Positions 39,176 through 52,800 of a stretch of DNA of 64,000 bases are shown here, piece after piece; the first letter of the stretch is position 1, and each line of letters begins with the position of its first letter. Location: NCBI GenBank assembly GCA_028534125.1, contig CM052817.1:94366001-94430000 (forward strand), read 5' to 3'. The notes under the pieces are model-generated. The model saw only the letters and a program-made list of their open reading frames with translations, searched no databases and was not told the DNA's origin. This DNA comes from Lama glama (lineage: Eukaryota). A program made the position numbers and the translations under genes.

Positions 39176-42100
39176 ATTACAGGTTATTGTAATTTTTTCA
39201 ACTGAGTAACTCAATCACCTCTCCTGAGCAGAGAGGCTTCCAGCTGGAATGCTGCCAGCTCCCTCAAGGGCCTTCGCCTGGGTACAGCTTAGTGCCTTCC
39301 TTGATTCCTAAAACAGAGGATGTCCAAGTCCTTGAAGCTCACTACAAATGAAACATTTTCCAATGCAATCTCAGAGGGAATTCGATTTCTCTGTCTTTAC
39401 TAACACTTAATTGACTAGTAGACTTTTCTAATGTTTTGGCTTTTATTGGGGGGTAAACATCATGACAACACATTTCTGTTTCAGAGAATTTTTACTTCTA
39501 ATAATAAATTGCCCACCTTCCTCAGCACATTTATTAGATATGGCTCCAGTCAGATAGATGTTTATTGTAAGATGTAAGGATTATTGTAATAATAGGATTG
39601 TGCACTTTACACACTTCTTAATAAGTCCAGTAAAAGATGTCCTATTTCCTAAAAACTATTTTGCAAGATGGAAAATCAGGCATAAGTGGGGTTGAGTAAT
39701 GTAAACAAAGCCACAGGTGAAGCATATGCAGGGCTGGACAGAGAACCAGGAACCAAGAAACAGGATGAGCATGAGGCACACCCAGAGCTCATTCTAGAAG
39801 CTGGGCTGAAGAAATCAAAGCAAATAAGGGAGAAAATGAGAATAGAGAATAGGGAGAAAAAAAAGAAGAAGAAAGAAAGAAAGAACATGAGAATAGCGAA
39901 TAGAAGGAGAGGTAGAAAAAAAAGTAAAAGCCAAGAACAGAATACCGATGGCACTGCTAACAATGATCCGGGGCTGCAAATTTCCCTGTTTCTGCCACAG
40001 TTCTTAACAGCACATTCCTGTATTGGCTTTCTCAAACTACTGTCAAGAAGCAGGAGCAAAAGCAGAGCTTTCTACATGCAGGCCCTCCTTCTAATAACAC
40101 ACCAAACGGGCAAAACACCAGTGCTTGGTTACTCAGTGGACCCCACCGTTATTATTGTCTTGGGCTGAAGGCACATCGCTACTGACTTTCTAGCTTTGTG
40201 CTACTGCTCGGGCAGGGGGTCCCCGGAAACCCGACCAGGTTAAGCACTGGGTCTGTTTTGCATATTTTTCTATATGGTCCCTTGCCAATGAAGCCAGAGT
40301 TTGATATCCATTCTGTGCTCCTTACGTATATTTTGTTTCTCTGCCAGTTTCTCACAAATTAAGGCTGGGAGGAAGCATGCACATGGGTATACACATATTC
40401 ATTCCCACTTTTTACAAATTACTTTAGGAAAGCTTGAGTCATTGTCATACATGGAGACAACCACACATGTTTATGTCCTGATGGAGAACGACAAGCCAAA
40501 TGCCCAGCGGCCCAACTAATTTGAACCTCAGTCAGAACGCAATCTGTGCTATTTTTTCTATTAAAAATACTGTCTTCAGTGGCTCCAGTCACTCCAGCCT
40601 ATAGATGGGTCAGCCAACCCAAGCTGTAACTGTCATTTCTGGTTCCTCAGAGTGGTGACAGCATCATTCAGGCTCTTGTGCTCCTTGCTGTCTTCTCACT
40701 AAAGGACCTGTTTTGTGCACATACTGTATAGAAGCCTCAGCCTCTAGATGTGACCCTATCATTTTGGTTATAAACTAAATGTCTTCAGCATTCCAGAGAA
40801 ACATGTTATTTTTGAACAAAGAATAGATCAGTACATTTAAGGATCATTTTAATAGTGACAATTTCAGACGGATTAGGAATTTGTGATTTTCTTATCTTTC
40901 CACATGACTCTGTAGAATGTTCAAATGCTAACATCTTTAGTGATATAACCAATTCACTCAATGACATAAAGGTTTACTTACATCATAAAATGGGAGCTAA
41001 TGTCTATCTCATGATGCCTTTGTGGAGATTAAATGAGAAGAAAGGTATTTAAATGTCTAGCACAATACCTGGGACAAGAAAGATGTTCAAATGCCAAACC
41101 TGAATTTGAAACTGAAGCATTTTACCTCACCATCAAGACAGAGACACGGTAACTAGTCATTCCGAATGAGTCAAAACAGTTTTCTCTTTTTAGAGAGCTC
41201 TACATGTACATACACACCTCACATACTAATACACACGTATGTGTGTAGACACTCATAAGTATTCATTTATAATTATCCATTTATTAGGCACATATGTATG
41301 TTCGTGGAGTGTAAGACTTAACCCCGAGTTTGTAAAATCTGTTTATTCCTGAAGTGATTATTTAAGAGCCTGTTTACAGAAGTCAAGAGAAGAACAGCCT
41401 TGACTCTTTCAAGAAATAAATTCTCTTTTCAAGCATTAAAATGTCTCTTAAATTGATGCAGTGCAGTAATCAGGATACTTAGCAACTGGAAATGAAAAGC
41501 AAGAGGCACACAACAATGCGATCCAAATGACGTACTCTGAGTATAGAAGGTATTGATTTAGTATTAGTAGTTGATTAATTACTAATTAACTAATTGATTG
41601 ATAGAGAATATTAAAAGAACATCATTCATAATATTTCTTTTCTTTCAAAAACGTTTTCTCCTTTCATTAATCATCTTCGTGAAGTGTGATTATTTTCTTG
41701 GACTGGAACTTTCTTAGGTTATTGTATGCTCAAACTGGCTTTTCTATTTTTGTACGTGAAATTGCATGGTTTAAAAGAATAAATAACAATGAAAAAATAA
41801 ACGCATGTTTTATTTTATGGGAAAAAGCTTTGAACAAAAATGCTTTCATGAAATACTCAAAGATAAAGACACTAAAGCTATTTTTCTTTGAGGCTTTTTG
41901 TTGTGAGTCAAACTCCACAGTACATTTATTTATTTATTTTCAAAAATTCTCCTTCCAAATCATCCACAATTATGATCAATATTATTTAAAAATTTGAAAA
42001 AAATTTAAAAAATTTTTATCGAGGTGTAAGTTTCAGGTACAACATAGTGATTCACAATTTTTAAAACATTAATATTATTTTTAAAATAATTCATTCAGGG

Positions 42101-43282
42101 AGGCATGTCAATTCTAACACAGGTTATGATCAGGGTTACATGATTTCACTGTGGGTATCAATTTAATTAGCCAGATTAGCTCCCTTTTCCTCTTTTCCTG
42201 GGATACACAGGCCAAGCTACACCAAACAGCTTCCTCTAACAGAAAGATTAAAACTTGGACAATCAGTAAATAAAATCTAAGTTTATCTACTATCTTCCAG
42301 GCTTCCAGGACTTTAAAAATTAATGGAAGACATAATTACAGCTAGAGCTATGTATGTGCGCTAATACTCATGCACGCGCGCGCACACACACACACAGAGG
42401 CACAGTGTTTGGTTTTCTCTGGAATAAGACTATGAATGGGAACAGGAAAGGAAACTCTAGCTTTTCATTTTATGCTCTTCTACACTATTTGAATTTATTT
42501 TATTTGAGCACATATTTTAATTTTTTTAAAATGTGGCAAAACCCATAAGTTTTAGCACAAGCAGAATACAATAACGAACCAACAAAGCCCGCTGGAAGTC
42601 CCCTCGCACATGCCTCAGCATCCAAAGAACTTTTATCCTGAATCCCTACTTAATTTTCTCTGGGGAAATTAGGTCTGCAGAAGTCTAATTGTTATAAGTA
42701 TATGGGAAAAGCAGCTTTTTTCTTTTTTTTTTGTCCCCCTGAGCATGGGCAAACCACATCATACCAAATAAGGCGTGGGCATTGACTAGAGTGAGAAGGT
42801 TTAAAAGCCATTTGTTCTTACATCAGGAATAAGGTACAACAGTCAAGCACCCAGGATTGATGTACAGTGTTGTATAAAATGTTGTGCCTGCCCTTAGCTC
42901 TGCCATGTGACATGTAAGTGGACAAGGTTCCCTTGTCTCTCTCCTTGTCACTGAGTGGTGACCCACCGACAGGAGTTAGTAAAACTTGTTTTGACTTGTA
43001 CTCAAAGGAGCAGTCCATCTAGCGGCCGATCACTCTAACTGCAGACTTGATTCTAAACTGCAGGCTCAAATCCTTACAAGTTCAACAGGACAGACCTCGC
43101 AAACACCAAAGGTAGAGACCCCTCCAGAATCAGCCCTGGCAGAGATAAGATAAGCAAGAACCACCACCTGGGTGTCCAATTCCAGGGGCTTTTTGGAGCC
43201 TCTAACAGCAAAAAAGCCTTTGCTTATTTTTTTTTCTTTACTCATCCTTTTTTACTTCTAAGGATTCATAGTTAATTTAATT

Positions 43283-43482
43283 ACTATACACATTACTAAA
43301 TAAAAAACAGATAAACAAGGACCTACTGTATAGCACAGGGAACTATATTCAATTTCTTGTAATAACATATAATGGAAAAGAATCTGAAAAGAAAAAATAT
43401 ATGTGTAACTGAATCACATTGCTGTACACCTGAAACTAACATTATAAATCAACTACACTTCAATAAAAAATTTAAAAGAAAA
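43283..43482 (+). mobile_element. Short L1 3' end
   Basis: ataaacaaggacctactgtatagcacagggaactatattcaa...cttcaataaaaaa. Confidence 0.85.
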
Positions 43483-44503
43483 AGAGTAAACTGCTGTCAC
43501 ATTTTCTTCCCTAGTTACATCTGCCTTGGCATTCTTATATGAAAAACCTATGTCTGAAGCAAGTATGACATTTCAGAAAATGCTAGAATGTTTTAGACAT
43601 TCAAACATCCAGGTTAAATCAGCTGCTAAGTAAATCCACTGCTAAGTAAAAGCATGTATTTACATTCAAATGTAGGCCAAGATTAAGTTCATAATAGCAT
43701 TGGTAATGAAAGAGAGAAAAATGCCTTTTATAGATAACCAGTTAATTATCTACAATATAGCTCTAAAATGAAATATTATATAGCTGTTTAAAAAGAATAA
43801 GGCAGATAAAGTTATCTGTTTGTGCCAGTGCATAACAGGTATACACCATATATATTATTTTACACGTGGACCTATATTTTAAGCTAAAGCAGCCAAGGCT
43901 CAGAATCAAGCATAAGCAAGCACAAACAGCCTCTTTTGGGTAAATAAAAAGGATATTCTGCTATGTGAATAGATTTCTTTTTGTAAGGAAACAAAGAAAA
44001 ATTCCTCTTTGGGGAAAGGAATTAGGTATCAGTGCAGTTTAATATTATCTTTTTAAAAATGTTTAGAGCAGTTATCTGGTGGAGGAATTGTAGGTCACTC
44101 AAAATTTTTTAGACTATTGATGCTAAAAAATGCCTGTACATTCAGGTCATTTTTACACAAAATTTTAGACTTAAAGCCTTCAGTTTAAGTGTAATTAACA
44201 ATGCTAAAAACAAGAGTGTAATAGTGTCATTAAGGTCGTCATCAATACTGTTCCTTACCATTCACCATTCATTGAACGGACTCCTAAAAATGACTCAATC
44301 CTGGATATTATGAGAAGGTGTTCCCATTTCTAAAATGATTAATTTGTAGCAAAAAAAAAAAAAAAAAGTGCCAGCAGTGACAGATGAGCTCCAGGCCTGG
44401 CCTCCAAAACAAACAGGAAGTGAGACTGAGGTGAGCCTCTGGATAGCTTGTACGGTGATCAAAAAACAGGAAGCAACTTTTCCATCTTTCTTTAAAGAAT
44501 CAA

Positions 44504-44606
44504 GGGGTGAGTATAGCTCGGTGGTAGAGTACATGCTTAGTGTGCACTAAGTGGGTCCCAGGCTCAATCCCCAGGACCTCCATTAAAGTAAAATTTAAAA
44601 AAAAAA
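44504..44606 (+). mobile_element. Vic-1-like SINE
   Basis: GGGGTGAGTATAGCTCGGTGGTAGAG...CAATCCCCAGGACCTCC plus A tail; diverged TSD aaagaatcaa / aaagagttaa. Confidence 0.85.
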
Positions 44607-45154
44607 GAGTTAATGGTTTCAGTATAAAACAAAAATGAACAAAACCAAACTAAACCACAAATAACAAAAAGGGAAGGCTAGCACACAGATAGTACCATAG
44701 CTGATATAAAATTTTGCTTAGCACAGGGTCAGCAAACCCAGCCCTCTGCAACTATTTCCTGCCTTTCACAAATCTGAACTCATTCTTCCACAGATTGGCT
44801 CTACTGAACCTGGGAACATTGGTGGTGAGGCTCATCTGTCCCTCCAGCTGTTTCCTCCACTGCTCATCTAAACAGCACACTGGTACTCACATGGACCGCG
44901 AGGCAAGTATCAAGTACAATTCAAATATTAAAATACATAGTGTTGATCAAATTGGCTTTAAACACTGGATAATTTAAGAGAAAAGGAAACAATCTGTTTC
45001 TGGTCTTAAAAAAGTTAAATAGCCATAGCACATCCAAAACTAAAATCATCCCACTCCCAATAGTTATTCAGTGTGACTTACTAGAAAAAATTGACTTGGC
45101 TCCTCTGATGGTTCTTTTCTGTTTTTAAAAAATTAACTAATTTATTATTATTAC

Positions 45155-45269
45155 TTTTTCCCAGGGGGAGGTAACTAGGTTTAATTATTTTTAGAGGAGG
45201 TACTGGGGATTGAACTCAGACCTCATGCATGATAGGCATGCATTCTACCACTTGAACTATACCCTCCCC
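45155..45269 (-). mobile_element. Vic-1-like SINE
   Basis: Reverse complement GGGGAGGGTATAGTTCAAGTGGTAGAATGC...GAGTTCAATCCCCAGTACCTCC...CCTAGTTACCTCCCCC. Confidence 0.85.
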
Positions 45270-46362
45270 ACTGACGATTTCTTTCTGTGAATCTTTTAAC
45301 TCCTTAAGCTCATTTCCTCCTCTTAAAATTTGAAATAACAATTTCTTTCTCACAGGTTGTGGTAAGGATCGAAATGGAATAATATCGGTGAAAACACTTT
45401 GTAGCAATATTAAGCGCTATATAAATTTAAGGTAATATTGCGCGCTAAGTAGAAAAGGCCCACTCATTATTATACATAGTAGAGTTGGGCAACATTTCAA
45501 GACAAATCTGTTAGCACAATAATTTAGGGAGAGGACAATAAATGAACTTCATACTATGATTAACTGGCACCATTCAGAGCTTTAGAAATCTCAGATATAT
45601 TCCCTATGTTACCAGTAGCTTTCAGGATAACCTTGACTGACATTTACCATCAGTGTTATAAGTAGATGAAGCTCTTATACTGAAATAACCTTCATCTGGA
45701 TTACTCAAAACTGCAGAAACTGATGGAAACTATAAACAGCTACACTGTAAAAAATTTCCATTTGAATTCCCAGTTAATCTGTGTACACAGTGCAGTTATG
45801 TTCCTAAGTATACGAGAAGAAAGAGAAGAAAATTCAAATTTATTGGGGAATACTAATGCTAGGCACTGTGGTACATTTTTGGTATATGTGCTACTTCATT
45901 TCACTCTAGCAGAGAAAAAGAAAAAGGCACAATTGAGATTAGAAAATAAGATGTGAGCAGGCAAAATATTCCCATGTTAAGCAGCTTAGCTCACAGCAGA
46001 GAAGGTGAGAACAGTGGATTTAAGTTACCTCCTCTTCTTCCTTTGCCTTTTTAGTGGGCTTCTAACAAATATTAAACCAATTTATAAGTGGACAGAAGAG
46101 AGACAAGAAGCCAAGTATTCCAAGCAGTGCCCCCCAATAAAATAATTCACCATAATAGGGTAAAAGTTGACCTTACATAATCAAGTCATCTAATTATACA
46201 TTTCCAGGAATAAATTATTAAATTTCTTTTTACCCAGAAAAAGAAAAAACACAAAATTTAGTATCTCAACTGATAATTCTAAAGATGATAATATTTACTG
46301 AGTGCTTGCTATGTGCCAGGAACTCTTCTAAGGGCCTTGTGTGTGTTAATTCCTTTAATGCT

Positions 46363-46810
46363 TGTGGTAGGCAGAATACTGGCCCTCTAAAGACGCCCAC
46401 ATCTTAATTACCAGAGCCTGTGAATATGTTATCTTACATGGCAAAAAGAGCTTTGAGGATGTGACCAAGAATTTTGAGATGAGGGAAATCAGCCTGGATT
46501 ACCGAGGTGAGCCCAGTGTAGGAGGGAGTCAGGAACGTGTGTCAGTGTGAAGCAATATGAGAAATGCTCCACCACTTCTGGCTTTGAAGATGGAAGGATG
46601 AGACAGTCTCTAGAAGCCAGAAAAGCCAAGGAAATGGATTCCACCCTAGAGTCTCCATAAAAGAGTGCAACCTTGCCCAAACCTTAACTACAGCCAAGTT
46701 AGAACCATTTTTGGACTTCTGACCCGCAGAACTATGAGATGATACATTTGTGTTGTTTTAAACCACTCAATTTGTGGCAATTTGTTACAGGAGCAATGGG
46801 AAACTAACAA
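46363..46810 (+). mobile_element. MLT1-type MaLR LTR inserted in a MIR (about 46290-46940)
   Basis: Start tgtggtaggcagaata...tgtgaatatgtta.cttacatggcaaaa; end tttgtggcaatttgttacag..gcaat.ggaaactaa. MIR halves on both sides. Confidence 0.85.
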
Positions 46811-48285
46811 CATCCTCATAATACTCCTATGAGGCACGTGCTCTAGGTATCTCCAATTCACAGATGAGCAAAGTAAAGAAGGTTTCTCAAAGAATACACA
46901 GCTACAAAGGTTTGAATGCAGGCAGCCTGGTTTCAGAGCCTATGAACTGGAAGCCTTCCTGCTGCCAGTCCTGGGGCTTTACGAAATTGCACCTCTAGAG
47001 TCACCTTGCCAGGACTTCCATCCATAAGACCCTGGAGCTTGCCTGGAGCTCAAGCCTCGTGCCCAGTCCTGGAGGCAGGGTACTACCTTCTCTACTGGCT
47101 CCAATGCCAGTACCACAAACAACAACAATAGCAACAAAGTCTCCTTCAGCCCAGTGGAGAAAAATGCATCCTTAGAAGCGTGTCCATCATAAGTAGCTTA
47201 AATAACTGGAATCACTACCTTCCGCCAGTGCTGTGTGCTATCAGGGAAGACAGTTACTAACAGCTCACGTTGTAAGTTTCAGTACACATTCTGTTTGGGA
47301 AACATCTTAAAAAGTGGGACTATTTTAAAAGAAAAATAGATTACATTGGCTCTTGAAAGATATAAATTCATAAAATTCATAAAATTCCAAAATACCAGAC
47401 ACGAAAACATGTAAAGTCCTTCATAGCAGCTGGATGCTATTCCAAGAATGCTCATCACAGAAAGACATGGATCTTAGCTCTGTGCATGGTGCTTAGAAGA
47501 AGGCAGTAAGAAAGCCCACTGAATAAGTGAATGCACAAATCTATAGTTAGCTAACGAACATGCATACATTTCAAGGTCCAACTATGATCAGGTATGAGCT
47601 CAAATGTTCTGGAGTCTGCGTTTGACCATTCTGACCTCTTTAGTTTACAAGGTACTTATTTGCCAGGTGAGGCACTGGTGTCTTTGCTCTGTTCTCTGAC
47701 TTCTACTCAAGATTTCAGCTTCCCAAAACAGAGGTAGCCTAGCATTAGTGGTTAAGGGCGCTGGCTTTGGAATCTGTGAGATCTGGGTTTAATTGCAAAC
47801 AAACATAGGTGTAGCATAAACAGGCATTTTAAAAAGCAAACTTTCCTCTATGCCAGTCAATACATTTTTTACTCCATCCAAGATTATAATTCTGGGATCG
47901 GGGAGCCACTAAGATTCGGTTCTGGAGCTAAAAATCCTAACAAAATCTAACAGTACATTTTTAAGTTTGTTTCAGAGTGACAGAAGCTACTAGCTAGATT
48001 CTCAGATACCTCCTGAAGAGGAGACTGACTTGCTTAAAGGATGTCACACATAATCCAGGCCAGGTGAAATACTTCATATCTCATTACTGAAATTCTTCAT
48101 TGCTTTCCTTTCCTAAAAAGCGATTTGTCGAGGATCAGCTGGCATTAAAACCACAAATAAAAACAACTCATTTGTTAGTATTATATTACTGATTATGATT
48201 ACTATGCAAATGATTGAACTCTTTTCCATTTCACATTGATTTTAATTAACCGAGACTCCTTTTTGTGGTTTCAATACTGACTTAC

Positions 48286-48375
48286 CATTATCTTCAACAG
48301 AGAAGAAGAAGATGTCCTTTGTTGCCTTGCTGCCTTCATGCAAGACGTAGTAGATCCTCCTCTCATCAACATCAG
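48286..48375 (-). CDS. FREM3: FREM3 exon 2 (90 nt): ADVDERRIYYVLHEGSKATKDIFFFSVEDN
   Basis: Acceptor TTTACCAG|CT, donor AATG|GTAAGT. Phase 1-1, in frame with exon 1; continues the last CSPG repeat. Confidence 0.95.
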
Positions 48376-48914
48376 CTGGTAAAGGAACAGGCACCACACA
48401 TCGTGTTGGCACAACAGAAAACGAGTGTGTTAAGAACCTCGGTGTTTTCATAGGGCATGAAAATACTACAATAAATAAATCTAAAAATGACTAGATGAAC
48501 ATGGATCTAATTTTTTTTAAAAAAACAATGAAGTGAATAAGATTCTAATGTTTTCTTGAAGTTATAATAGCAAAATAAAATAGAACTTTATACTTTTAAA
48601 ATTCTGCTGCTGGGCTACCATGTGTGTGACCTCTGAGGTGATGGCCAATAAGGAGAACCTTCTAGCCATGCATGCTTCACCCTCGCCCTCTATAGACAGC
48701 TGATTCCACCTGGATTTAGGTCTTCTGTACAAGCACGGAGCTTGGAATAATGGTGGATACTCATTAACTCTTGTTGAAATGAAGTTAAAGAATAACTACT
48801 GCATCGTAAGGAAAAAGAAAATGAGAATAAAATCAGGATGTTTTCCTATTGCCCATTCTCTTAGATTTTTGAGAGTTTGTCACTTGGGTCTATAATTGTT
48901 TTTGCATTGGTCAA

Positions 48915-48999
48915 TTTTTTAATGGAGGTACTGGGGATCGAACCCAGAACCTTGTGCATGCTAAGCACGTGCTCTACCGTTAAGCTATTCCTGCCCCCC
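48915..48999 (-). mobile_element. Vic-1-like SINE in intron 1
   Basis: aatggaggtactggggatcgaaccc...catgctaagcacgtgctctacc. Confidence 0.85.
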
Positions 49000-49850
49000 A
49001 TTATTAGTATTTTAAAGACAATTTGCATTTGAGTATTTATTTCTAAGAATAATTCTTACAGAACTTCATGATTTCATTTGCTTTATAAGCAATTCTGAAA
49101 ACATAAATAAACTATTTTTTCAAACAACTTTCATAAGTTTTACTCTTAGGTTGCATCTAGCTTTATATGTACTGAATGCGTAAAATTCTATGTACCTCTT
49201 ACATCTTACACACAGAGCTACCTGAAAAAGTTTTAAGACTGAAGAGAAGCCAAAGACACCAGGTGTCACATCACCTGGGAAAGCAGAGGGACTTGACTCT
49301 AGTTCAGCATTAGTAGTAATGACAAATATAAAAGAAAAATGATCATTAAAACATATCCCCCTACTTAGACAAAGTTTTTTTAGATGCAGAAACGGCATTT
49401 GAATAGTACAATAAAACATGCAGTATAATATTTATGTCTAAAATCTGGATACCAAACACTAGCTTTAGAAACCTAGACTTACTGATAAACTATGCAAGTG
49501 ATTCCTAAATATGCAGTTCTTTATGTAAAATTCAAACTTAAACTGATATTTTCAAAATCAATGGCATCTTATCATATTTCAGAAGTAGAAGCTTTCTACC
49601 TGTGTTTTACAGCATTAAGACATAAGTACAAGTCTTGTTAAATGTCTGAGGGTGTCTGTTAAATGGGTATGCTGATGAAATAGCTGAAAAAGGACCTTTT
49701 TGGTTTATTAATTTCACGTTCCATTGTATTTCAATAGAATTAGAATATTTCTGCTAATGGACTGGGGTCAGGACAATTTCCTTACATAACTGAGAGATCT
49801 GATCTGTTCAAGGAGAGGGACAGAGGCACCAGGGCACGTTGTGTACTAAC

Positions 49851-52800
49851 CTTGTGTAAACACTCGCGTGCTCTCATTTCCAAGGCCAGTGTTGATAATG
49901 AAGCCATGCATTGGTCCTCTGGTCACTTTATACTTTAGGAGCCTGTGGGAGCTGTCCTGATCTTCTGCCTTCAGAGGACTCCTGGTAATCAGGAAGCCCA
50001 CATGTCCAGTGTGAAGGTGCTTTAAGGCCAGGGCACCCCTGTTAAAAGCAATCTGGGGGAGCCTGTTGTCCAGGGATCTTATGTGGATCCTCATTACCTG
50101 AGGTCTGCGTGTCTCCAGGTCAGCGTCAGGGAAGACAGAGAAATCAGCATGCATACCGTCGGAAACAGTCAAGGACAGACTGTCTTCGGTCGTCTCACTG
50201 CCATCATGCCAGTAGCTAATCAGGTTCTCGTTCAGGTCCCGCTTAGAGAAGGTGGCCACAGGATGGCTGCCGTTATACAAAATCCTGCCGTGGATGGGGA
50301 CCTGGGTGACAGTGAAGAGAAGAAGATCGTCTGGAGTATCCTCATCTTCTGCTGTCAACTCAAAGGGAGTGATCCATTTGCTTTCCCCTTCCCGCAGTAC
50401 CAGCTTACGGATGGTCATGATAGGTTTCTTATTATCCACGTCCGTGATGAAGATCCTGAAGGTCCGGAACATGGGATTGTGCCCATCAGTCACTTGAAAC
50501 TCAAAGCTGTCTATCTTTATCTTATCCTTGGAAGTGCAGACATAGAATATCTTGTTGCCAGCCAACTGAAGCTGAGTGAAAGAGGAAATGGGCTCCCCAG
50601 GGTGGTCCGAGATTTCCAAGTGCCCCAGGCTAGGAGCCTGTGAGATGCTGAAGTGAAGCTGTTCATCGGGGCTGTTGATATCACTGGTGATAAGCAGATC
50701 CATGGTGAGGGTTACTCTGCTACATTCCATCAGGGTGACCCTTTTTTGAACCATCTCAGGGAAGACCCTGTCTGAGCTGCCAATGATGATGTAGAAGTAG
50801 CGGTCTAGCAAAGGGTTAATCCCATCAGTCACATCAAACTTGATGAGGTCCTGAACTCCTTGGCCTATGTGGGTGTAACAGATGAGGCCCCGGTCAATCT
50901 CATCCTGGGTGAAGTTCATTCCCAGGGTGAGGTTGTCCTTCACCTCCCCTCTGGGTTTCCTCAGTCGCTGTAGAAGCCCTTGTTGAGGTCTAGAACGGAG
51001 GACAAAACTGAGGCTTTTATCATCTGAGTCAAGATCTGTGGCCTTCAGGACCCGACCTGTGATGACCTCAGTACATCCAGTCTCTACTTCCAGCCCACTG
51101 TTGATGGTCAGCTGAGGGGCTTCATCATCCACCAGGATCACCACAATGGGTACCTTCCTGTGGGTGGTGTGCTTGCCGTCACTCAGCCAGACCTCGAAAC
51201 TGTCCTCTGTGGTCTCAGAGTCATCATGCTCATACACAATGGTGGAGGCCTCCTGGATCTCCTGCAAGGTGAAGCTGTAGATGGGCTGGCTGCCGGTGGC
51301 CAGCTGCTGGATAATTCGCCCGTGTTGAGGGAGGGCTGCGAGCTGAAAGTGAAGCTCATTTGGTGGCAAGTCAGCATCGGCTCCATTGAGCAGTGGGGTA
51401 TCTATGACCAGACTCATCCCCTCTAACACCACAAACTCGTGGACAAAAAGTTCAGGTTGCTCATCATTGGTGGGTAAGATCATTACAGGGAAGAAGACAT
51501 TTGGGGAGGAGTTGATGCCATCAGAGCAATGAAAGGTGAATTGATCTTTCTGTGGCTCTACCCCTTTGTGGATACTCTGTACGTAATTGATATGTCTCAT
51601 CCAGATGTCTCTGATGGAAAACGCACTGATGGGGATACCAGCCCGTGACTCTTTTGAGTCAGGAGCTGATGCGACGTTTTCCAAGTAGCCAGAGGCTGGC
51701 TGATTGGTCACTGTGCAGAGGATTTTATCCTGGGGAGTGTCCACATCTTCAATACTGAGATGTTGTAAGGTCAAGGGGCTCTTCTCACCTTCATAGACAA
51801 TGTAGGACTCCCCCACCAAGACCTTGGGGGCCACATTGTCCACCGGCAGCACGAGAACTTGAACCTGCACTCTGTCCACTGTGCTGGCCCCCACTGCCCA
51901 TCGATGAGAATCCTTGGAGAGGGCAAGGCTGAAGGTATCATGCTGCTTCTGGAATCCAACTTCACCCCCTGTGTGGGCATAGACTACTGCCCCACTGATG
52001 AGATCCTCATGGGTGAATCGTTCTGTGGGGAAACCATTCAACAGAATAGCACCCAGTTTTGGGCTGTCCTCCACAATGAAAGACAGCATCAAGTCACCTG
52101 TGTCCTTCTGGCCTTGTAGGATGCCCATGGGGATCTCAGTGGCTCTATTCTCCAGTACATCTATGGAACCTTCTAATAATAGACTACCTGTAATAGAGAT
52201 AGTGGGGCTTTTGCCAGCCGCAGTGGGATACACAGAAATCTGGACAGTGATGGGTATGTGATGCACCCCGTCGCTTACCTCCAGGTGAAAGGTGTCATTG
52301 GTGGTCTGGTCTCCGCTGTGCTGGTACGAGATACTCCCATTAACAATACCAGCTTGCATGAAAAATTCCCCTGGGACCATACATTTTTTTAAGTACTGCA
52401 AGTGTCCATGTTGGGGACCCCAAACTAACATGAAGATAATCTGGTCAATGTCTGTGTCAGAGTCTGTAACATCCAGCTCCTTACTGCTAAGGATTAAAGT
52501 TTCTCCCTCTAAGACAGTAAAGCCTCTGTTGGTGACTTGGGGAGGCTGGTTGTTGATAGGCTTCAGGAATAATGTGAATGTTCCGGGTGCACTATTGCCA
52601 GCAGCATCCTCCACCTGGTAGGTGAACTGGACCACTCGTGGTACAATTCCCAGCTTTTTCTCGGGGGGCTGGTAGGCAACTTTGTGGTGATTTACCTGGG
52701 CCTGGGTGAAGTGCGTGATGGGGGTGTCTGGTGAATCAGTGATCACAATTTCTCCAGCCTGGACTTGATGGTTGCTATCTGTGTCAGTTGGGGGCGTCAG

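Noticed and set aside
39676..40168. 160-aa Lys/Arg-rich ORF and its 127-aa hydrophobic antisense partner
   Set aside because: Produced by a low-complexity purine tract; no splice or domain support.
3080..43482. Intronic L1s show no antisense bias (about 7 sense versus 5 antisense)
   Set aside because: Counts are too small to distinguish from chance.
43623..43650. 12-bp direct repeat ctgctaagtaaa x2 and similar micro-duplications (28855, 33499, 47364)
   Set aside because: Ordinary slippage-type duplications, not an array.
44504..44580. tRNA gene-like sequence (also the other A/B-box copies)
   Set aside because: Multi-copy, diverged, with A-rich tails and TSDs; these are SINEs, not tRNA genes.
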